Source of the DNA: Octopus sinensis
Taxonomy: Eukaryota
Reading direction: 5' to 3'
DNA length: 64,000 nt
Assembly (NCBI RefSeq): GCF_006345805.1
Contig: NC_043005.1
Span: forward strand, 56,792,001-56,856,000
Shown here one piece after another: positions 13,051-64,000 of the stretch (within the stretch, counting starts at the first letter, position 1; every line of letters starts with the position of its first letter). A model generated the notes under the pieces. The model ran no database searches, was not told the origin of the DNA, and saw only the letters and a program-made list of their open reading frames with translations. Both the position numbers and the translations under genes were made by a program.

Positions 13051-13560
13051 AAAATGTGTTTGGCCCAAGCTAACCCCTTATTGAAGAGAAGGGTTCTTCT
13101 GGCGTGTGTGATAATGTGTATGCCCTCATCACTAACTTCGGTGTATGACCTAACGAAATCCAGTGCCTTATAAAGGATCTTCCTCGATTTAGATATATAT
13201 ATATATATAGGTCCACTATGTCTAATTGGTTAAACTGAACCCTATCTCTTCCACTATTGGTTATAAACCATGTTATGTCTTCACTGAGGTGACGCCATAG
13301 GGCGCCAGAAGCCCTTCTAACAGCGTTATTGATTTTCTGATGAGCTGCTTGGTTTATGATCCTTGATCCTAATAAAGGCTTCTTTCTTCACTAGTGTCTC
13401 TACTCTATCCTCTAACTGTCATATCCTTCACGTCATAGTTAATGCCATCATAAGCTTGAGAGGTAACAGTCCAATTATGTAACCCTGCACTCTTCAGAGA
13501 TGGCAATTATGGAATGAAATATGCCGACTGCTCTCCATTGTTGGCGGTGAACAGACACAT
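13040..13560 (-). mobile_element. Penelope-like reverse transcriptase remnant
   Basis: Manual translation gives KKEAFIRIKDHKP, INNAVRRA, QLDIVD and KALDFVRSYTEVSDEGIHIITHARRTLLFNKGLAWAK, matching PLE RT motifs. Split by (TA)n. Confidence 0.7.
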
Positions 13561-13749
13561 CTGGTTTGTGGTTGCTCTGAAAAAGATGATGCAATGAGCC
13601 AAGCAAGGGTTTAGAGTTATGTCCCTTGATACCAAATCAACACCTCTGGGGGTGTTGCAAGGCGACAAGAGTTTTCAAGGAAAAAGTGTATGGAAAATAT
13701 CTGTATGTTTTATGATTGGTGTTCTTCTGGGGTGAGGGGCACCAAAAGC

Positions 13750-13920
13750 CGCATATTTTATATTTTTTCTTTTGGGCTTCTTACAGTTTCCGTCTACCAA
13801 ATCCATTCCTAAGGTTTTGGTTGGCCTGTGAATACAGTAGAAGACACTTGCCGAAGGTGCCACGCAGTGGCACTGAACCCAGAACCATGTGGTAGGGAAC
13901 CAAACTTCTTACAATACAGT
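13750..13920 (-). mobile_element. tRNA-derived SINE (family C) 5' part
   Basis: Reverse complement of the 56376 SINE head and core. Confidence 0.75.
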
Positions 13921-13949
13921 CACGAATTGTTCTGTTTCCCATGTCTGTC

Positions 13950-15260
13950 ATTTTGTTAGTATTAGAACACATGAACAACTACTGGCCACTGCAATTTGCA
14001 CAATTTGATTACAGTTTTGCCAAAGCTCTAAAATCTCAGAACCATCTGAATTCCATAATTGCTCTGAAAACTGTTGGGCAGCAACAAATTGATACAACAA
14101 TTGATCACTAGAGAGCTGCTCCCATTCAGTTCCATAATAGATCAGTAGAGAAAAATCATGACATATTGAAAAGTTTAATTTGTTGTATTGCAATTTTGGC
14201 TTGCCAAGAATTATCATTTGGGGAAAACAACGAAACAGAACAATCAGACAATAAGAATAATTTTCTGACTATATATGAAGCAGTAGCAGAATACAATGAT
14301 TGTGTAAGATCATATTTAGATTTCTATTTCTTTACTACCCACAAGGGGCAAAACACGGAGAGGACAAACAAGGACAGCTAAAGGGATTAAGTCGATTATA
14401 TTGACCCCAGTGCGTAACTGATACTTATTTAATCAACCCTGAAAGCATGAAAGGCAAAGTCAACCTCGGCAGAATTTGAACTCAGAACGTAACGGCAGAC
14501 AAAATACCGCTAAGTATTTCGCCTGGTGTGCTGACGATCACCAGTTCGCTGCCTTAAATCATATTTAGATTTCATGAATAAAAATGCCAACTGTACATTA
14601 TCTGGACTTTCAAGTGATGTTCAAAATGAGATCATTAATAGAATAGCTGCTACAACTGAAGGTGAAATGATCAAACAAAACATTATTTGTTGCTGTTATG
14701 TTTGATGAGACTACAAATCTTTGAATGAAAGCTCAATTGTTATGCATCTTGCAATTTGTTGACGAGATGGAAAAACCTTGAGAAAGGGTTTTGGGATACA
14801 CCAATGTCAGTAAAAATAGAAAAGCTGAATCGCTAACAGAAGTTCAAATATTTGTTAATGAATTCAATTGTGGCCAAAAATTCATTGCACAAACTTATAA
14901 TGGAGCTGGGTATTTAAATCGAGTACAAAGCGCAACCACCATATTTGTAGATTGTTGTGCACATTCACTTAATTTAGTACTCTCTCAATTGGCTTCAAGT
15001 ACTAGTGGATATCGAATTTTCTTCCATATTTAAAAGGAATTTCAACTTTTTCTTGAAGTCAATGACTACTGGATGAAATCTTTGGAAAGCGATTTCCAAA
15101 GTTACATAAGACATGTTGAAATTATTCATCTCGAACAGCATCCATTTTGTCCAACAAATTTCCTGAATTTTCTTAGTTATTTTCAACTATATTAGAAAAT
15201 CCAGATGATAGCACCTCTTCATCGATTTCTTCGTCTGCCGTAAGGCATTATTTTTCAAAC
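13950..15260 (+). mobile_element. hAT (ZMYM1/PRKRIR-like) transposase remnant, SINE-interrupted
   Basis: QELSF.., SSDVQNEII, MFDETT, FIAQTYNGA and CCAHSLNLVL motifs, with stops and frameshifts. Confidence 0.8.
14330..14555 (-). mobile_element. SINE family B
   Basis: Reverse complement of the family B consensus. Confidence 0.85.
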
Positions 15261-15665
15261 ACGCCAGCTAAGTTGAATTGTCTAAAGTCGAAATACGCCT
15301 GTTGTTTTTGTCCTGTTATTATTATTATTATTATTGTTTTATGTATTTATATTCATATTACTTTTTGTTTTTTGTATTTATTTTCGTGTAACATCATCCA
15401 TTTTTCTCTCCTTGTTTCGTATACATTCGATCCTTTTTCCAAGAAATCTAATGCTCGTAGCTTAGTTTTTCCTTGGGGCTGGCCAGATCAGAGCAATCTC
15501 AAGATTAATCAGCCGAAATTGTGAGGATGATCCGGTTCTTGACTGAAGATTAGAGGCTTCGAATGACCCGTCCGTTTTTGTATCTTCTATTTGAATGTTT
15601 TGCGTTCTTATCCCATTTTGTATTTTTATATATATATTTTATACATATATATATATATGTATGTG

Positions 15666-15719
<54 letters not shown>

Positions 15720-16125
15720 TATGTATATATATATGTATGTATGCATACACACATACACATACACAAGCATACACACACATACAAAAACACTAAAGTTAAA
15801 ATTAAATAACTAAATAAATAGGTGGTCTAAAAATAAATAAATGATTAGATGATTAAAACTATTGCATAACGCTTTGCACTTAATGTGTTGTATCTGATGA
15901 AGTATATTATATTATACTATAAACATATTCTAACAATGAATAACAACTTATCTAATCCCTTATAATATCTTATCCATCGATTAAAAAATTTGTACTTATA
16001 ATTTCCATCATAGAATTTCCCACTGTATTGCTCATATATTTTGGTAAATGCACATTTAATCCCCCTAATTAGACAGATACACGTTTTCACATTTACAATA
16101 TACGGTTTCATACATTTGTAATACC

Positions 16126-16660
16126 TTCATCATCATCATCATCATCATCATCGTTTAACGTCCGCTTTCCATGCTAGCATGGGTTGGACGGTTCAACTGG
16201 GGTCTGGCAAGCCCGAAGGCTGCACCAGGCCAGTCAGATCTGGCAGTGTTTCTACAGCTGGATGCCCTTCCTAACGCCAACCACTCCGAGAGTGTAGTGG
16301 GTGATTTTATGTGCCACCGACACAGGTGCCAGACGAGGCTGGCAGACGGCCACGCTCGGATGGTGTTTTTTATGTGCCACCGACACAGGTGCCAGACGAG
16401 GCTGGCTGACGGCCACGCTCGGATGGTGTTTTCTTATGTGTCACCGACACAGGTGCCAGACGGGGCTGGCGGACGGCCACGCTCGGATGGTGTTTGTTAT
16501 GTGCCCTCAGCACGGAGGCCAGTCGTTGCGGTACTGGCTACGATCACGTTCGGATGGTTTTCTTATGTGCCACCGGAACTGGTACCACAAGGATACAAAT
16601 TCCATTGATGTTCATCTATTTTGATTTGGTTCGATTTGATTTGATTTGATTTGATTCGAT
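16126..16660 (-). mobile_element. RTE LINE 3' UTR copy with ~62-bp internal repeats
   Basis: (CAT)n-CGTTTAACGTCC terminus and three tgtgccaccgacacaggtgccagac units. Confidence 0.88.
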
Positions 16661-17109
16661 TCTCACCTTATTTCTCGTAAATAATCTAAAAACCACATCC
16701 CCTAGTCATATCACTATAACCTATTAGATTATATTCACTAACCTATACGCTCATCAACTTTCTATTTCTATAATTCTTAATTTAATATAATTTAATTTAA
16801 TTTAATCTAGTCTCAATATCAATTTTTACTTTCATATCTACCCATAGTTAAATGTGAATTATTTGTTTCTGTTTTCATACATATAATTTTTTATATAGTT
16901 TGTTTGTATTATCTGTTAACCACTAACTAACCATAGCAGTGCCATGGCCTTTAGCTGACCAATTAAATTACGTGAATGACCACAACCCCCTCCCCGTTAC
17001 TTATAGGGATTCAGCAACTTGTTAACTATAAAATAGTGGAATAAATAACGGAAGGTAATACAGTATCTTGTTAACTGACCAGAGATTTAAAGCATTTACT
17101 AACTTAGTA

Positions 17110-17225
17110 CCAAGTGCGGATGTTTACCCTTTGAACGGCAGATTGAGAAATTAATTTTTTGTAACTAAACACTTTCAAACTTCAGACACTGGTAGAATGT
17201 GTCGTATAAAACATCTTTCTAGAAA
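17110..17225. mobile_element. Fragment of the GGATC-terminated (Merlin-like) MITE family
   Basis: Similar to the left ends of the 55549 and 58453 elements (tttgaacggcag...aactaaacacttt.aaacttc...ctggtagaatgtgtc). Confidence 0.6.
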
Positions 17226-17929
17226 CAAATACTGCCACCACATTTCCACTATTGAAACACTATTACCAACTCTACCACCACCACCATTGTAACTTTCAGC
17301 ACTGCTACTAACATAACCACCAGTACCACTATTAATACCACCAGCCCCACAACTACCACTACTCCTACAACCAACACCAACACCACTCCAAATACCATGA
17401 ACATCATCACTATTTCTAGTGTTATCACCACCACTACTACTACTCATACCACTATTTCTCCACCTCAACAACCACTACTACTACTACTAGCATCACTACC
17501 ACCACTGTTACCACTGCAGACATTTAAAAAAAAGTGATAAACAAAACATCGAAAAACAATACTTTTATATTATTTTAATTTTATAATACAATTTGTTAGA
17601 GAGCAGCTTCCAATAAACAAACACTGGCTGTTAGAATCACAGACAGAAGATTGGTACTAACTGTAGCATCAGCAATAGATGACTAGTGCCAATTGTTAGA
17701 GCCAACACTACAACTTGTATGGGTCATAGACATAGGCTAACACCAACTGTTAGAATCACAGCTAATACACAGCTAGTACTAGCCCTAAGAGTCACAGCCA
17801 AAACACTGGCACCCATTATTAGGGTCACAAACAAAACACTAATGTCAATTGTATAGGCTACAGGCAAAAGTCCAGTGGTGCTTATTATAATGCACAGCAG
17901 TTCATCAGTTGTCACACAACAAAGACAAC

Positions 17930-18670
17930 AGCCTGCTACCAGCTGTCAGAGAATAAGGACTGACTTGGTGCCAAGCATCAGACAAAAGACCTCTTGGTGC
18001 CAACTGTCACACAGCAGATGAGACAACAGTCTGGTGCTAAGACAACACAAACAGCAGTCTGGTATCAGCTGTCAGGTAACAGAAATATCAGTCTGGAGCC
18101 AACTGTGAGGCAACAAAAACTGATTTGGTACCAGCTATCACCTAACAGATGAGAAAATAATCTGGTGTCAAAACAACAGAGACAGCAGTCTGGTGCCAAT
18201 AGTCAGACATCAAGGACTAACCTGGTGCCCAGCATCAGATAAAAGACCTCTTGGTGTTGTCACCCAACAAATGAGACAAAAGATGGGTGCCAAGACAACA
18301 GAAGATGCAAGCAGTCTGGTGTCGTCAGATAACAGGAATACAGCAGTCTGGTGCCAACTGTGAGGCAATAAAGGTTGATTTAGTACCAGGCATCAAATAA
18401 AAGACCTCTTGGTACCAGCTGTCACATAACAGATAACCAGGGGCCGGGACAACACAGACAGAAGTCTGATGCCAACTGTAAGACAATAAACATTGATAAC
18501 ATGCCAGGCATTAAATATATGACTCTTTGGTGCCAACTAATACACAACAAAGAAGTAGCCTGGTGCCAAGACAACAGAGACAGCAGTCTAATGCCAGTTG
18601 TTGCACAACAAAAACTGATCTGATACCAGGAATCAATAGCCCTCTCTTGTTGCCAGATGTCGCATAAGAG
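17930..18670. repeat. Degenerate ~31-bp tandem array (~24 units) in the presumed 3' UTR
   Basis: Recurring YTGGTRCCAACTGTCA / CTGGTGCCAAGACAACA cores with higher-order periodicity. Confidence 0.8.
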
Positions 18671-18866
18671 ACAGCCTAGCAAAATATTCCCAACAATGTG
18701 ATGTCGTCAATTTGATTGAGTGGTCTGGCTGGCTGGCTGGCTAACTCATGAGCCAGAAATGGGTGAAAGGGATAGACACAGAATTGAGCTAAGGTGAAGT
18801 TTGTGATGAACAACAGATAAATGACAAGATAAGTGAGAGAGAAAGTCTAAGTGTTGAATAATGTCC

Positions 18867-60750
<41,884 letters not shown>

Positions 60751-60859
60751 CTAAAAGTGGAGACAAATATTTAGAGCACAGAATTTACGATGTACATCTT
60801 AGCGGGAGTGGAACAGGTAAAATCCAGGCCACATATGTCTCCTAGCTAGCAGATCCTCT

Positions 60860-62040
60860 GATCATCATCATCATCATCATCATCATCATCGTCGTCGTTT
60901 AATGTCCGCTGTCCATGCTGGCATGGTTTGACCGAGAACTGGCAAGCCAGTAGGCTGCACCAGGCTCCAATCTGATCTGGCAAGCTTTCTACAGCTGGAT
61001 GCCTTTCCTAATGCCAACCACTCCAAAAGTGTAGTGGGTGCTTTTTACATGTCACCAGCATGGGAGCCAGAGAGGGGGCACTGGCATCGACCACGTTCGC
61101 ATGGTGCTTATTATGTGTCACCAGCACAGGTGCCAGTCAGGCAGCACTGGCCACAACCATGATTTCGATTTCACTTGACTCGACAGGTCTCCTCAAACAC
61201 ATTCTGTCGTCCAATGATTCAAGCGTAGTTTTAAACAAGCCAATTATGCAACACTGGCATTGGCCGCAGCTGCGACCTCACTTTACTTGCCAGATCTTCT
61301 CAAACACAGCATATCACCAAAAGGTCTCAGTCTTTTGTCATTCACTCTCTGGTGAGAATGAAATCAATCTGGCAAGTAGAGTCACCTGATTGATAGGCTA
61401 TCAAGTGGTTGGCTGGCTTCCTGAAGTTGGTGTTGCAGATCAATAGGTTATTTGCATCACATAACTCCAGTAGCTAAGTTCCCTCTTCATTTTGGGTACT
61501 AATTCCATGGCCCCCTCATGTACACCATGGAAGATACCAGGTTACTGTCCGACATGCCCATTAAAATCTCCAGCCACAAAGATGTGATCATTGTCACTCA
61601 TCTTTGAGGTAGCTTGCAGAAGAATATCAGAAAAGTGGTTCTTCTGTTCATTTTGTAGGCTTGTGGGTCGAAGTCAGAGATAATTGTAGCTAAACTATTC
61701 TGCAAGACTAGCCTGAGCTTAAGCACTCTATCACACACCCTGACTATTTCTATGACCTTATCCACCCATTCCTCTGCAAGAAGTACGCCTACACCACCTA
61801 CTCCACCACTGTTCCCTTCCCAGAAGATTTTATACCTATGTGCCTTGCTTGTGAGGACCCTGGCTGAAACTCCTCTCCAGCTTACCTCTTGTATACAGCA
61901 TACATCAACACACCTCCGTTCAAGTATCTCTACAAACTTGTTAGACCCACAATACAATGTGCCTACATTGACAGTGCCAACTCTGAAAACTGGAAAAGGG
62001 ATGTGGGAGGAAACATGGGAAGGAGAGATGTTATTCAGCA
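60860..62040 (-). mobile_element. RTE LINE pieces: 3' UTR (60860-61330) and APE endonuclease fragment (61590-62040)
   Basis: (CAT)n terminus. VGTVNVGTL...VCCIQEV...GVGVLL...RVCDRVL is an APE domain N-terminus. Confidence 0.82.
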
Positions 62041-62447
62041 CCTGAAAAGGTTTCCGTGATCATTTGATAGACATGTCACATTAGTTGTTCTTGCTTTTCA
62101 CCTATCGTCATTCAAACATGTTAAAATTGTTGCCCCTACTAGAGGTGAGAGTAAGAAAGCATTGTAAATGAAAGTGTTTTGGGCATTGTAAATATATGTA
62201 TTACTGGTGCTGCAGATCTAAATATAAATATGCCAATGTTAAATTAAGTAAGTGGGCTGCTATCTGGTTGGGTTAGTCCAGAGAGGGAGAGACAGTGAGG
62301 GGGTGTGCATTTTGGTTGGGTTAGTCCAGAGAGAGAAAGGAGAGGGGGTCAAAATTACCAGTATAAGAGAGGAGACTACCAGAATGAGAGGGGGATTTCC
62401 AGTAAGAGAAACGGGATTTCCAGTATTGGTGGTGGGGACGGAGAAGG

Positions 62448-62830
62448 GTGGGTGCATCCATGAACAAGAAAGAGTCATTTTTAAGAGAAACAGTACGAAA
62501 ATATTTAGCCATAGTGAGAAATTAGGAAAGGATTATTTTAGAGAGAGAGAGATTACAATTTAGAAGCAATTTGAAGAATTAATATAAATAATTACAGTTT
62601 ATAAAAGTACATATTAGTAATGATGTGGGTTAGTGAAGGGAGTGGGTGCATCCATGAACAGAGAAAGAGTCATTTTGAAGAGAAAACAGTAGACCCATAT
62701 TTAGCCATAGTGCAGAAATTAGGAAAGGATTTTTTTAGAGAGAGAGAGATTACAATTTAGAAGCAATTTGAAGAATTAATATAAATAATTACAGTTTATA
62801 AAAGTACATATTAGTAATGATGTGGGTTAG
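62448..62830. repeat. ~187-bp near-identical tandem duplication
   Basis: 62448-62633 versus 62642-62830. Confidence 0.9.
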
Positions 62831-63574
62831 ATGAATGAATGAATGAAGCAATTACGTCATAACCAATTGGAAAGTCCATCATGTCATGACTATAAATAAA
62901 AAGTTCACATCATAAGTGTGTGATTATAGTAGACAGAAACTGAAAGAAGTCCTCTCTCTCTCTCATTCACTTTCTCTCTCTTTCTATGTGCATTATTTGT
63001 TTATATTTATGCTTCTTTGAAAAGGGTGAGATACAAACAGTTACATTGTTCTCATTTCCTCTGTCATCAAATCATAATCTAATGGCTTTGAAGCATCAAA
63101 GTTGCCCGGAATAAGATATTCCTTATTTGAAAAAAAAAAAGGTAAGGGTTAGCGCCAAGAGGAACATCTGGCTGCAAAACAAAGCCTTGATAATACAGTC
63201 ATCTACCCCAGGGGTTCTTAAGACCCCTTTTTATCTATAGACCCCTTTGATTACTATTTTATTCTGTTGGACCCCAACAGCCAATCGATGTTTAGAAACT
63301 TCTTTCAAAATTCCTATTTTATTTTTTTCATTAACTAATGTAGGTTGTTTGGTTTTGGATTTGTTTAGCAAGATTCTTTATGTGTGTTCATGTACTGAAG
63401 CAAATTCTGTTGTGTCTGGGGAGAGTCATTCTCTTTTAGTGCCTTATAATTTAACACACTCACTGGCAAAATTTCCACTCATTTATTTTCCACATTTATT
63501 TTTCTAAACTTTTCATTGCGTCTTGCAACCTTTTCAGTAGTCGTTGACTTTGTCCATTATTCAAGCTGTGTTCT

Positions 63575-64000
63575 TTTTGTTTGTGCGCATGTGTGTGGGG
63601 CAGTGTGTGTGAGTGTGTGTGTGTGTGCATACACATGTATGTATGTATGCAAGTGTGTGTATGCATATGTATAAATGTATGTGTGTATGTTTGCATGTAT
63701 GTATTCTCCATATTTGTGTGTTTGTGTTTCTATGTGTATGTGTATGCATGTGTGTGTGTGTGTGTACCGCTGTCTCCTTGTGTGTGCATGTTTGAGTGTG
63801 TCTGTGTGTGTGTATGGTTTTTGTTTCTATGTACTGTGTCTGTATGTATGGATGTGTATCTCCATATGTGTGGACGTGTGTCTCCATATGTGTCCTTGCG
63901 TGAAGTGAAGTGTGTGTGTGTGTATGGTCATTTGCATGTGTGTATGTGTGCTTGTTGTTCATATTACCTATGTACCTATCCATCTGTATGTCTACCTGTT
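63575..64000. repeat. Degenerate (TG/TA)-rich microsatellite tract
   Basis: Directly visible. Confidence 0.9.

Noticed and set aside
17175-17520. Mucin-like Thr/Val/Gly-rich ORFs
   Set aside because: (ACC/ACT)n simple repeat with no supported splice sites.
60751-64000. Upstream exons or promoter of the ZF gene
   Set aside because: No phase-compatible exon found. The region is LINE fragments, duplications and microsatellite.

Overview
AT-rich, repeat-dense eukaryotic genomic DNA. The SINE and RTE-LINE families and the microsatellite load look like Octopus (inference from repeat recognition, not a database hit). One host gene is supported: a minus-strand multi-exon C2H2 zinc-finger transcription factor. 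Twelve coding exons (60750 down to the stop at 18867) were stitched by GT-AG boundaries and phase into one open frame of about 860 codons, encoding a SIM-like motif, an NLS, an AT-hook, 9 zinc fingers and a Thr/Gln-rich tail. The N-terminus probably lies beyond 64000. The rest is transposon debris: Ty3/gypsy pol, Penelope-like EN and RT remnants, RTE and R4/Dong-like LINEs, three SINE families, mariner, maT, hAT, Chapaev3, non-autonomous Helitrons and Merlin-like MITEs. The most unusual object is a 2.5-kb element at 41918-44451. It carries only a LINE-ORF1-like zinc-knuckle gene, bracketed by permuted direct and inverted repeats, one of which is an ORF-less near-unit-length copy joined through a 13-nt repeat. 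Also notable: a 782-bp foldback MITE, a duplicated frameshifting splice acceptor, and a ~24-unit array in the presumed 3' UTR. Boundaries of degraded repeats are approximate (tens of bp).
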